Of a stretch of 64,000 nucleotides of DNA, positions 27,115 through 36,153 are shown one piece after another. The stretch comes from a virus. The notes under the pieces were generated by a model, which worked only from the letters and a program-made list of their open reading frames with translations, had not been told where the DNA came from and searched no databases. The first letter of the stretch is position 1. Each line of letters opens with the position of its first letter. The translations under genes were made by a program, and so were the position numbers. The DNA lies in IMG/VR virus record IMGVR_UViG_3300044858_003398. One strand, given 5' to 3'.

Positions 27115-28007
27115 TGTATACATACAACATGGCCGGGTGGGTGGACCTACCCGACGCAGTAGACGCTGTAGAATCCCAAGTCGGTGTGTTTGGATCTGCA
27201 GCGTCTTTTCTTACAGATACTGGCAAGGGAAAAATAGTCTGCCTTCATGATAACTACAAGAGAGCTGGCTCCAGCTTTTACTATGTCAATCAAGGCGACG
27301 TTGGTAGCTGTGTGTCTGCTGCTGCCTCTCTAATTACTAATACCCTTATGAGCACAGAAATAGCCTATGGGGAAAGAGAAGAGCTAAGAGGATGGATAGC
27401 GATTGAGCCACTCTATTATGGTGCCCGAGTTGTCATAGGTAAGAATCAAATAAGGGGCGATGGAGCGGTCGTTGCACATCAGATTAAGTATATGGCCGAA
27501 TATGGCACCCTACTTAAGCAGAAGTATGGGGCTATCGACCTAACAGAATATTCAGTTGAGCGATGCCGAAAATGGGGCACTGGATCTGGTTTCCCAAAAA
27601 CCCTTGAAACTATCTCCAAAGATCACACTATATCTGTTTACTCACGAGTTAAGAGCTACGATGAAGTCAGAGATAGTATCGCCAACGGATATCCAGTAGA
27701 AGTTGGATCTTCTTATGGATTCGCTAGCGAGACTGATAATGAAGGATTCTGCTCCCAAAACACAACTTGGCAGCACGCCCTATCGATCATCGCTGTAGAT
27801 GACAACAGTAAAAGAAAAGGTTGCATGATCTCTAATACTTGGCCTCTTAACTGGCTAAAGATCCGCAAACGTAAGCTTAATCAACCAGACGGATGCTTCT
27901 GGGTTGATGCTGAGATCATCAATAAGATGGTTTCGAGGGGCGATGCGTGGTCAATTGGCGGATTCAATGGATACAAGGCAAAGGTAGATACTAGCCTTAG
28001 CTGGTAG
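27114..28007 (+). CDS. papain-like cysteine peptidase (C1-like)
   Basis: QGDVGSCV (Gln/Cys), WQHAL (His), ISNTW (Asn), PDGCFWV. Confidence 0.85.
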   Translation: MYTYNMAGWVDLPDAVDAVESQVGVFGSAASFLTDTGKGKIVCLHDNYKRAGSSFYYVNQGDVGSCVSAAASLITNTLMSTEIAYGEREELRGWIAIEPLYYGARVVIGKNQIRGDGAVVAHQIKYMAEYGTLLKQKYGAIDLTEYSVERCRKWGTGSGFPKTLETISKDHTISVYSRVKSYDEVRDSIANGYPVEVGSSYGFASETDNEGFCSQNTTWQHALSIIAVDDNSKRKGCMISNTWPLNWLKIRKRKLNQPDGCFWVDAEIINKMVSRGDAWSIGGFNGYKAKVDTSLSW

Positions 28008-28016
28008 GAGATAGAG

Positions 28017-28646
28017 ATGAAGAAAACACTGATTCTAGCAATCATACTATTCATGATGTTTATGCCAACTGAGAGTACGCCAGCAGTACTCGATTTTTCG
28101 GCTGAAGATCTTGATGCTTATGGTATTGCTGGTGCGATGATGATGGTAGCACCTATCGGTGCTGATGATCTGGTTCCTATCCCTAAGCCAGAACCGCCAA
28201 AGCCAGTCACTGAATGTAAATGTAAAAATGGCAAAGTCTCATACGATGGTGGGACCTCTCTGACAGACTGCCCATGCAAGGACTCCGATAAAGATTGCGG
28301 CTGCAAGAAGTCGGTAAAAGAGATATTACCAGACACTTTTCCTAGAATCGTGCTAATTACTCAACCATCTGTGTGCCCACCGTGTGTGACTACAGACAAA
28401 AACGTTGTTGCCAAACTCAGGGATGATATTCATAAAAAGGCCGGTTGGGATGTGGGACCAGAAGCCTTCAATGATCTTCAGGTGTTAGATTTAGATGATG
28501 AAGCATCTTATGATGAGATTGACAGATTGAAACTAAAATACACATCAATTCCCTCTTTCTTTTATTTGGAGAAGAGCGGAGTCACTAAAATTTACACTGG
28601 TGCTATATCTTACGACACTTATATTAAGTGGTCTAAAAAAAACTGA
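28017..28646 (+). CDS. exported thioredoxin-fold protein with Cys-rich linker
   Basis: Signal peptide, CKC..CPC..CGC cluster, CPPC, SIPSF cis-Pro loop. Confidence 0.7.
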   Translation: MKKTLILAIILFMMFMPTESTPAVLDFSAEDLDAYGIAGAMMMVAPIGADDLVPIPKPEPPKPVTECKCKNGKVSYDGGTSLTDCPCKDSDKDCGCKKSVKEILPDTFPRIVLITQPSVCPPCVTTDKNVVAKLRDDIHKKAGWDVGPEAFNDLQVLDLDDEASYDEIDRLKLKYTSIPSFFYLEKSGVTKIYTGAISYDTYIKWSKKN

Positions 28647-28843
28647 GTACTACGTATTCTCGTATTAGTTATCGTAGATGGCAACTTAATGGATCGTCTT
28701 TTCCTAGCCGAGATCAACTAGTACAACACCTACAATCACAACATGGAATATCTAGCTTAGACGATTTGTCATATGAAGAACTATTAGCAATTCACGACGA
28801 TGATCACAATGGAGTATACAATGAAGCTAATAGATCTTTTTGA
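28637..28843 (+). other. candidate -1 frameshift extension (66 codons) of the thioredoxin gene
   Basis: A AAA AAC immediately before the TGA; the -1 frame is open to 28843 with no ATG. Confidence 0.55.
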
Positions 28844-29114
28844 GGAATTAATCAAGAATAAGACTGTCGAAGTATCTGATGGCGTAAATATAAAATGTAG
28901 TGATGAGATCAATCTAACGATTTCATCACATAATGACGAAGTCGTAATCAAATTTGGATCACCAGCAGTTCAGGTATTTATTACCAAGATGGGGCCGATG
29001 CGGCTCTTGAATGCAGTTCGGCCCACTATTCAGTCAATTACCATAACAGACAAATCGTTCAAAATCAGTGTAGACAATGCTCCCGATATGGAGGTGGCTC
29101 GTGAACTGGTATGA
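28821..29114 (+). CDS. hypothetical protein
   Basis: GGAG SD, ATG at 28821. Confidence 0.55.
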   Translation: MKLIDLFEELIKNKTVEVSDGVNIKCSDEINLTISSHNDEVVIKFGSPAVQVFITKMGPMRLLNAVRPTIQSITITDKSFKISVDNAPDMEVARELV

Positions 29115-29397
29115 AGAATACTGCAAAGAGTTCGGCTATTCTGCAAAACCGGGCAGAAGAGGCGAGCGAGACGCCGACAGAATGAAGAGACGAGTAGAGA
29201 AGGCCGCTACCTTGTCTAAGGAGGACCTTTCTTCTTTTACCGATAGGGTTTCAGCAGAAGCCCATTTGGAGGATAAAGCCGTAGGCATGTATGGATCTTT
29301 TGGATTCATGCTATTTCAAGCTTTGATATCTTGGGTGATTCGAAGAATTTTAGACAGCTATTTTGGGTCAAAGAATGACAATAACAGTATCGGCTAG
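29101..29397 (+). CDS. hypothetical protein with C-terminal amphipathic/hydrophobic helix
   Basis: GGAGG SD before GTG; YGSFGFMLFQALISWVI. Confidence 0.5.
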   Translation: MNWYEEYCKEFGYSAKPGRRGERDADRMKRRVEKAATLSKEDLSSFTDRVSAEAHLEDKAVGMYGSFGFMLFQALISWVIRRILDSYFGSKNDNNSIG

Positions 29398-29884
29398 TTC
29401 TTTAGTAAAAACATCCTTCAATTTCACAGAGACTCAGTCTGGCACTATCAGATCTGAGAATGAGTCTATTACAGCCAATCGGGCCTACACCTACGGTACT
29501 GGCAATTTTGAGATTGATGCCGCAGTAAAGAACACTGGGGTGATCCCCTCAGGTGGGTCTGTAGTGCTCGACCTTAACGCAATGACTAATGAGTCATTTG
29601 GAATTACTTCCACCATTGCATTTTCTGGGATTAAGACTGTAACGGTCTATAATACGTCCACAGTCCAAAATAGAGATATCAATATCAGAGCTACTGGATC
29701 GAATGCTTTCACGAATTTGTTCAATGGTGGGTCTGGAAACCTCCTTATTAAGCCCTACTCTAGTTTTACCTACAATGACCCATATAAGCTTACGGTAAGC
29801 TCAACCCAGAAGAACATCAGTTTGTTTGACGTGAGTGGCTCTGGGGCCACCTACGAGATCTGTGTGTTAGGAAATCTGAGCTGA
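29375..29884 (+). CDS. putative virion structural protein (beta-rich)
   Basis: T/S/G/N-rich composition, YTYGTG, LFNGGSGNL. Confidence 0.5.
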   Translation: MTITVSASSLVKTSFNFTETQSGTIRSENESITANRAYTYGTGNFEIDAAVKNTGVIPSGGSVVLDLNAMTNESFGITSTIAFSGIKTVTVYNTSTVQNRDINIRATGSNAFTNLFNGGSGNLLIKPYSSFTYNDPYKLTVSSTQKNISLFDVSGSGATYEICVLGNLS

Positions 29885-29943
29885 GTCTGAAAGACTCCTT
29901 GACATTTTGACCTCCGAAGATTATAATCCTCGGAGGTCTTTTC
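29883..29943 (+). promoter_or_regulatory. perfect-consensus sigma70 promoter embedded in two hairpins
   Basis: TTGACA(29899)-N17-TATAAT(29922); GAGTCT/AGACTC hairpin upstream; GACCTCCGA/TCGGAGGTC inverted repeat around the -10 box, then TTTT. Confidence 0.8.
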
Positions 29944-29975
29944 GTTGACTCACATACGTTCGTCGGAGCACAGCC

Positions 29976-30662
29976 TTGAATCACGTTGATGGTATTGTGG
30001 CCTTCATGCAGAAGGCCGGTCAGGCAACCCCAGAGAAGTTGACGGTTCCTTCGGAACAGGACCGAATCCTTCGGGCCAAGCTCATCCTTGAAGAGGCCTT
30101 TGAGCTTATTAACGATGGGCTCGGGATCGGCGTAGCTAACTTTGGCCATTTTTTAAAGCCAGCGGATTTCAATTATGTGATTACTGGAGAGGCTGATGCA
30201 GTAGACGCCCTTGATGGAGCCGCCGACTTGTTTTGGACAGGTGTGGGCGGTGTAGCCATCATCTTTGGAGCTGATCTAGAACCAGTCCTAGATGAAGTTG
30301 ACCGAAGTAACCAGTCTAAGTTCATAGATGGATATAGGGGTCAAGACGGAAAATGGCAAAAAGGTCCCTCGTACAGTCAGGCTAATATTGAGTGTGCTCT
30401 TCGGGATCGTGTTCGTCCTATCGGCGAAGACTATTACGCTTTCCAGCATGATTGTAACGATAATGCTTGGTGGGTAGTTCTACAGGACTACTGGCACTAT
30501 AATCATTGCGTTGATGATTGCCAATTAGGGATCGATATTCCCGGATTCATAGAGTCCATGGAGTCGTGTTTCTATCCAGTAGACGACCGTGTAAACTCAA
30601 TCGAAGCTGAAAACATGCTGAAAGCTTTGGGCTTTACTATTTTGGATGATGAAGATGCTTAG
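29976..30662 (+). CDS. MazG-like/PRA-PH nucleotide pyrophosphohydrolase with extra C-terminal domain
   Basis: LILEEAFEL, DALDGAADL, EVDRSNQSK, DGKWQKGP. Confidence 0.75.
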   Translation: MNHVDGIVAFMQKAGQATPEKLTVPSEQDRILRAKLILEEAFELINDGLGIGVANFGHFLKPADFNYVITGEADAVDALDGAADLFWTGVGGVAIIFGADLEPVLDEVDRSNQSKFIDGYRGQDGKWQKGPSYSQANIECALRDRVRPIGEDYYAFQHDCNDNAWWVVLQDYWHYNHCVDDCQLGIDIPGFIESMESCFYPVDDRVNSIEAENMLKALGFTILDDEDA

Positions 30663-31317
30663 GATAATCGGGGATGTCCATGGGAAGTTCAGCAACTATC
30701 TGCAAATAGCAGAAGTGGCAGAGCATAGCCTCCAGATTGGGGACTTCGGCTTAAGTAGTAGCTGGAACAATCTAACATATTCCGGCCTACATCCGGACAA
30801 TCATAAAGTGCTTGCCGGGAATCATGAGGATTATGACTTCGCTCCGAAATCCCCTTTCTACCTTGGTGATTTCGGCGAAGCCACCATCGGTGGCGTAGCC
30901 ATCTTTTTCATGAGAGGTGGTATTTCCATAGATCGAACCTACCGAGAAGCTGAACGTATCAATAGGGGACCTAGGAGTTGGTGGTCCCAAGAGGAACTGA
31001 GCTTCGCTCAAATGATCGAATGTATGAAGGCCTATCGTAGGGCGAAGCCCTCCATTGTTGTATCACATGTGCCTGCGGCAAGTTTCGCTTCGGTTATGTC
31101 CCCAGACGATAAAATCTTAGTAGATTTTGGCTTCCATAAAGGCTTCAAAGAAGCCACCCAGCTACTCGGGGATGAACTGCTTAAAATTCATCGACCAAAG
31201 GTTTGGCTGTCCGCTCACTTTCATAAGTCCTTTCAGGACGAAATTGGCGGTACAAGGTTTGTAGGCCTTGCTGAGTTAGAGTATGTAGACATTGATTCGA
31301 ACGGAGAAATAGTATGA
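30646..31317 (+). CDS. calcineurin-like metallophosphoesterase
   Basis: GDVHG, GDFG, GNHE, SH, AHFH. Confidence 0.85.
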   Translation: MMKMLRIIGDVHGKFSNYLQIAEVAEHSLQIGDFGLSSSWNNLTYSGLHPDNHKVLAGNHEDYDFAPKSPFYLGDFGEATIGGVAIFFMRGGISIDRTYREAERINRGPRSWWSQEELSFAQMIECMKAYRRAKPSIVVSHVPAASFASVMSPDDKILVDFGFHKGFKEATQLLGDELLKIHRPKVWLSAHFHKSFQDEIGGTRFVGLAELEYVDIDSNGEIV

Positions 31318-31628
31318 AATCTGCAAAAAAGAAGTATATTGAGAGTGTGGTTCCCACACTGGCTCGTGAAGGAAAAACTCTTGACGAGGCAGTAGCTCAT
31401 GCATCAGAGCTTTGGGAGAAAAGTATTGCTCTCGAATCTGAACAGGCTCTTGAGGTTTGCTATGAAAGTAGCCTAGAATTTACAGCCGAAGTAACAAGTA
31501 CTGGATTTAAAACAGTAGTTCAGGAAGGAGATGTTATTGAGGAGATGACTTTTGCTCAAGCGTTCGCGGCATTCAAATGTGAGCCCGGTAAAAGATATGA
31601 GATTGAGATCTGCGTAGAGGAAGCGTAA
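31314..31628 (+). CDS. hypothetical protein
   Basis: Coupled ORF. Confidence 0.5.
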   Translation: MKSAKKKYIESVVPTLAREGKTLDEAVAHASELWEKSIALESEQALEVCYESSLEFTAEVTSTGFKTVVQEGDVIEEMTFAQAFAAFKCEPGKRYEIEICVEEA

Positions 31629-32095
31629 TGTTCAGACAACATGTTCCAAACTATGTATACACAAACTTTAAAAGAGTAGACGATGCTAATACTCTAGAAA
31701 AAGTTCTAGATATTAACTGGGTCAAAAAATGGACTGAGTCTACCGAACATATCTTCTATATGTGGACCTGTGATGGTAGATCTCTCGTAGCCTTATACGA
31801 TAAGGGAGAGTATTGGTGGTTGGTAGGTTTTGCTGATTTTGATCTAGATTTGCCAAAATTTAGAGATCACAGAATCGAAAGACGGAGAGATCCAAATATA
31901 GTCGAAGATGGAATCCATGTAAAATCTGATGGCAGAGCGTGGTATGTGCTCAAGGCAAACGACGCGAAGACTGGATATCTCGGGTATAGGGTGGATGTTG
32001 GTAGGTGGCTCGGGCACAGATACACCGTATTTTTGTCTGAAGCTGAAGCTCAGGCGGTAAAAGATAAACTCTTGGGGGCGAAGCATGCAACGTAG
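31628..32095 (+). CDS. hypothetical protein
   Basis: Coupled ORF. Confidence 0.5.
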   Translation: MFRQHVPNYVYTNFKRVDDANTLEKVLDINWVKKWTESTEHIFYMWTCDGRSLVALYDKGEYWWLVGFADFDLDLPKFRDHRIERRRDPNIVEDGIHVKSDGRAWYVLKANDAKTGYLGYRVDVGRWLGHRYTVFLSEAEAQAVKDKLLGAKHAT

Positions 32096-32666
32096 ATCTT
32101 TCCTAGGAGGGCTTATGGCCCTTCCTATATTCGGCGTATTCAAGAAGGCTCCCCGTGATTTCTCTATGTGGACAAACTACCCTGTAAAATTGACTGAGCC
32201 AGTTAGGCTAGACCCATTCATTGAGGTGAATCTCGACAATGGTCCGGTAACTATCGGAGATATTACATTCTCTACAAGTGATTTAGAGCCAGTAAGACTC
32301 TCGACGGGCTATGGGCCTATACCTAAAGAAACAATCAATCTGACTCCGAACAGAGAGACTGTCGAAAAGCTTAGAAATCTTCTTAAATCAAATGACGGTG
32401 GTACTTTAGACCTAGTATGGGGTCCTGACATATTCTATAATTGGGTCAGGATAGATTGTATGGGAAGTAAACATAGTAATTTGATTCCTCTTTCTAGAGA
32501 GAACCATATTAGGTCCGATTTTTTTGACTCACAAAACAAAGAGTATGGTGGCCTAATGAAGTCATTCTACCATATACGGTATAAGGATACGAGCAACCTT
32601 TGGGCTAGAATTTATGGAACTCCTAAAGAATTAATACCGGGAAAGGGCTTTAGCCATGAAGCGTAG
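32085..32666 (+). CDS. hypothetical protein with twin-arginine-like N-terminus
   Basis: MQRRSFLGGLMALP. Confidence 0.6.
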   Translation: MQRRSFLGGLMALPIFGVFKKAPRDFSMWTNYPVKLTEPVRLDPFIEVNLDNGPVTIGDITFSTSDLEPVRLSTGYGPIPKETINLTPNRETVEKLRNLLKSNDGGTLDLVWGPDIFYNWVRIDCMGSKHSNLIPLSRENHIRSDFFDSQNKEYGGLMKSFYHIRYKDTSNLWARIYGTPKELIPGKGFSHEA

Positions 32667-33057
32667 ATCCTTTCTGTTCGCGACAGCATCCCTACCACTT
32701 CTGGGTAGCGTGCCCCCATATTTCCCGGCTCCTCTTCTTGTTAAGCCCAAGGTAATACTGCTCAGAACTGCAGTTGATTTTGATCTGACCCCAATCTTTA
32801 TGTCCGGCGCGCTAGTCCACTATGAGGCGGCGTCAAATACAATCAGGGTTGATCTAGCGGCAGAATATGATGATGGGTCTGTCAGGAATTTCATCTGCGA
32901 CAACAAAAAATGGCATTATGAGACGATCAATCATGAGCATGAACTAATAATTGATGGGGATACAATCACATATCGTCGCCCTAGTAATATTGCTGGAGAT
33001 CATCTATCTTGTGTTTGCACATTTAAAAACGTGAAGGAAGTATTCGATGGGATTTGA
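32656..33057 (+). CDS. hypothetical protein with twin-arginine-like N-terminus
   Basis: MKRRSFLFATASLPLL. Confidence 0.6.
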   Translation: MKRRSFLFATASLPLLGSVPPYFPAPLLVKPKVILLRTAVDFDLTPIFMSGALVHYEAASNTIRVDLAAEYDDGSVRNFICDNKKWHYETINHEHELIIDGDTITYRRPSNIAGDHLSCVCTFKNVKEVFDGI

Positions 33058-33967
33058 AGTAAAAGTTTTAGCAGATAGCTTGTCGACGACTACCAACAGT
33101 CGTCTCACGACTTTGATGATGACCTATCCGAGAATCATCCATAGCGAACATCTGCGACACCGCATGTTCTCTTTCAACGCGGCTAGTTCTAGGGCTATTC
33201 CAGTTGAAAAGTTCATTAAACAGGTTGAGGAAGATCCATTCATCCCGATCCACTGGGGTGCTGCACAAAAGGGGATGCAGGCATATGGAGAGATACAAGA
33301 TATAAACGAGAAATATAGATTTACTGGAGTCTGCCATCTTCCCAACGATGACAGTAATCATGCCTCTACAGTACAATCATATATGTCTGATAGTAAGTAT
33401 TGCGAAGAGCTATGGTTGTCCGCAAGGACATCTTCTGTGTACTATGCTAAGCAGTTGTTAGCACTTGGTCTCCATAAGCAGATTGCCAATAGAATTCTTG
33501 AACCGTGGATGTGGACTACTGTTATCTGCACTGGCAATAGTGGTGCTTGGAATAACTTCTTTGCTCTGCGTTGCCATCCGGAAGCAGAGCCGCACATTCA
33601 AAAATTAGCCTACATGTCTCGTGACTGCATGAAGGCTTCTTGGCCGAAACTTCTCGAAGCTGGAGACTGGCATCTTCCCCTCACTGGATTCCCCGGAGAT
33701 GAAGTCCTATCAAAGGATGATCTTATTAAAGTTTCTGCTGGTAGGTGTGCCCGTGTGAGCTACCTCACTGCCGAGGGCACCAGAGACGTATCCCAAGATA
33801 TTGCATTGCATGACCGTCTAGTCTCATCAAAGCACTTCAGCCCAACAGAGCATCAGGCCATGTGTGGTGTCGAAGACACCTTCCTATCAAATGGTGGGAA
33901 TTTTGGGCAAGGATGGATACAGTACAGGAAAACACTAATGGGAGAATATCAGTGCTTATCGACGTAA
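33047..33967 (+). CDS. thyX: FAD-dependent thymidylate synthase
   Basis: RHRMFSFNAASSRAIP, HKQIANRILEP, CARVSY, HFSPTEH. Confidence 0.9.
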   Translation: MGFEVKVLADSLSTTTNSRLTTLMMTYPRIIHSEHLRHRMFSFNAASSRAIPVEKFIKQVEEDPFIPIHWGAAQKGMQAYGEIQDINEKYRFTGVCHLPNDDSNHASTVQSYMSDSKYCEELWLSARTSSVYYAKQLLALGLHKQIANRILEPWMWTTVICTGNSGAWNNFFALRCHPEAEPHIQKLAYMSRDCMKASWPKLLEAGDWHLPLTGFPGDEVLSKDDLIKVSAGRCARVSYLTAEGTRDVSQDIALHDRLVSSKHFSPTEHQAMCGVEDTFLSNGGNFGQGWIQYRKTLMGEYQCLST

Positions 33968-34365
33968 TTAAAGCAGACATTACCACAGCCACCAAAATGA
34001 GAAATCAGCTAGCTAGCGATATTCTAAAGGTAGTCCTTGGAGAATGCCAAACCAAGAACAACTTTACGGACGAGTTTATCGTCCGATATTGTAGAGACAT
34101 CGTCAAAGGCAATACTGAAACTATGAGTTTTGGCGAGAGTGTCAAGCTCTCAAGAGAAAACGAGCTACTTCGCAGCTACCTACCAAAAGAGGTTAGCGAG
34201 GCAGATCTCCTAGTCTACGCCAATCAAATCCCAGACGACATCAAAGCCGCCAAAAGCGATGGGCAGGCTGTTGGGGTTCTCGTTAAGTATGTGAAATCAC
34301 TAGACTTATTAGCCAATGGTGAATTAGCCAAGAAAGTAGTGACTTCGTTGAGGAACTCAACATGA
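33952..34365 (+). CDS. GatB/YqeY domain protein
   Basis: IKADITTATK, E.ELLRSYLPK, G..VG. Confidence 0.7.
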   Translation: MLIDVIKADITTATKMRNQLASDILKVVLGECQTKNNFTDEFIVRYCRDIVKGNTETMSFGESVKLSRENELLRSYLPKEVSEADLLVYANQIPDDIKAAKSDGQAVGVLVKYVKSLDLLANGELAKKVVTSLRNST

Positions 34366-34886
34366 TGTTTTTGCTGGATATGGACGGGGTTATCTGCAAC
34401 TTCGTTGATGGTCTCATTAGGTCTGCCAAGTGGAGCCTTGAACATGAAGATTGGGCCTCGTGGAGCCATCATCAGACCTTCGGTCTTACAGACGAGGAAA
34501 TGTGGGCGTTCACTAGGGAAGAAGGTTGGTGGACTAATCTTCCAGAATATGGCTGGGCCAATAGACTATTCACAGAGCTAGAATGTCGTGGAGAGGTTAT
34601 ATTCTGTACATCTCCAAGTTTAGATTGGAAGTGTCCCGGCGAAAAAATCCAATGGTTGAGGAATCATGGATTTATGTCTCATAAGAAGAACAATTTCCAA
34701 ATTGGGCCTAGAAAAGAATTAATGGCTAGATCTGGGGCTATCCTGATCGATGACTATGAGACTAACGTATCAAAATTCAGAGAAAATGGCGGTAGGGCTA
34801 TACTATTCCCTCAACCTTGGAACGAAAATCGATCGGTAAAAGAAGATAGGGTGGACTTCGTACTACAGGAGCTATCTCGTGGATAA
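34362..34886 (+). CDS. 5'(3')-deoxyribonucleotidase (NT5C-type HAD)
   Basis: DMDGV, TSP, K..WL, LIDD, FPQPWN. Confidence 0.85.
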   Translation: MMFLLDMDGVICNFVDGLIRSAKWSLEHEDWASWSHHQTFGLTDEEMWAFTREEGWWTNLPEYGWANRLFTELECRGEVIFCTSPSLDWKCPGEKIQWLRNHGFMSHKKNNFQIGPRKELMARSGAILIDDYETNVSKFRENGGRAILFPQPWNENRSVKEDRVDFVLQELSRG

Positions 34887-35172
34887 GAGTAAAGCAGCAC
34901 AAGCACTACAAGCAGCCTTTGAAGCTGACCCATGTGCTATGCATTCACTAATGGTAAATCGTGTGCCGTGCAATATGGCACTTGCTGATGATCCATTTGT
35001 CGTAGTGGACAAATCTCCAGTTTTAGAAACTGAATGTTTTCAAGTCGGAGCATTGGGCCTGATCAATGCCGTTTTGGTCGCGAATGGATTACCATTAATC
35101 GCTGCAGAATTTAGTGATCCCGACAAGGATGGACGTAGAAAAGTAATAGGGTTTTGTGACTATGTCCAGTAA
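34879..35172 (+). CDS. hypothetical protein
   Basis: DP.A...L...RVPCN..LADDP pattern. Confidence 0.55.
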   Translation: MDKSKAAQALQAAFEADPCAMHSLMVNRVPCNMALADDPFVVVDKSPVLETECFQVGALGLINAVLVANGLPLIAAEFSDPDKDGRRKVIGFCDYVQ

Positions 35173-35887
35173 AAGAGAATGGGTAATAGAAGATGGAGCT
35201 TTTCCAGAGAATGAGCACAAGATTAGGGATATCCTTGGCGACCGACTAATCTGGATGAATTATACTATCGACGGGCCGACTTTCTCCAAGTCTTTTGTTA
35301 CAGACTATATCTTCTACGGTTCTCCAGTCATAGGTCGTCGCCTTCAGAGATCCCAAGGGCCGAAGGCTCTATCTTGGCTCTATGATTATGTGTATGACTG
35401 TAACTATTACCTACCTTATTTTCAGAAATTGGCCCTAAACAATCCTCATATGTTTGTTGAGTCGGGCACTTTACCTTTACTGGCTGAGTTTCTTGAGAAT
35501 CCCGAGTGGTTTATCAAGGAAAACTCCGGCTACAAAACCTTCACAGGAATGGTGGGCTCTGGCGGAATAGAAACTGGCCTATTTTCTCACGAGCTTCTGA
35601 TGCTCGCTCAGAAGAAGCCAATTGAGGCTGAATGGCGATTCGTTATAAAGGACAATTCTGTCTTGACTTACTCGGGTTACGGAGATAATATCCAGTGCGG
35701 CAAGGAAGCCGAGGAATTTGCAAAAACTTGCCTCTCGACTGGATACGATCCGGCCCCAATGTGGACACTTGACATTTGCCGCTCAGAAGGAGCGTATAAA
35801 GTACTGGAGGTCAACAGCTTGCTTAGTGCAGGCTGGTACGACTGCGATGTAAGAGCAATTGTGGAGGCTGTCGATGGGTACAACTAG
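35156..35887 (+). CDS. ATP-grasp domain protein (DUF4343-like)
   Basis: FIK..SGYKTFTG, EWRF, TLDI, LEVN...AGWY. Confidence 0.75.
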   Translation: MTMSSKREWVIEDGAFPENEHKIRDILGDRLIWMNYTIDGPTFSKSFVTDYIFYGSPVIGRRLQRSQGPKALSWLYDYVYDCNYYLPYFQKLALNNPHMFVESGTLPLLAEFLENPEWFIKENSGYKTFTGMVGSGGIETGLFSHELLMLAQKKPIEAEWRFVIKDNSVLTYSGYGDNIQCGKEAEEFAKTCLSTGYDPAPMWTLDICRSEGAYKVLEVNSLLSAGWYDCDVRAIVEAVDGYN

Positions 35888-36095
35888 AATTGTTATGCTG
35901 GCCACTTTTGTGACTTTGGGTATTTATGATGTCTGGGTCTGCTCATCTGGAGATGATTCTGCCTCGATTAGTCAGTTCGTAGTAGATTTCGTGAACATTA
36001 GTCCAGTAGGGTATGGAGTATGTTGCCTCCTGCTAGGACACTTTGGTTTTCCAATGACTTCCAAGTTTAAGACCAGAAAGTCAAAAGATTTGTAG
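35874..36095 (+). CDS. small membrane protein
   Basis: Two hydrophobic segments, YD..SIS..GH. Confidence 0.55.
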   Translation: MGTTRIVMLATFVTLGIYDVWVCSSGDDSASISQFVVDFVNISPVGYGVCCLLLGHFGFPMTSKFKTRKSKDL

Positions 36096-36153
36096 TCGTG
36101 CCCGCCTGTTAGGACGTATTAAATAATGCCCTTCTTTTTTACCGGGAGATAAG

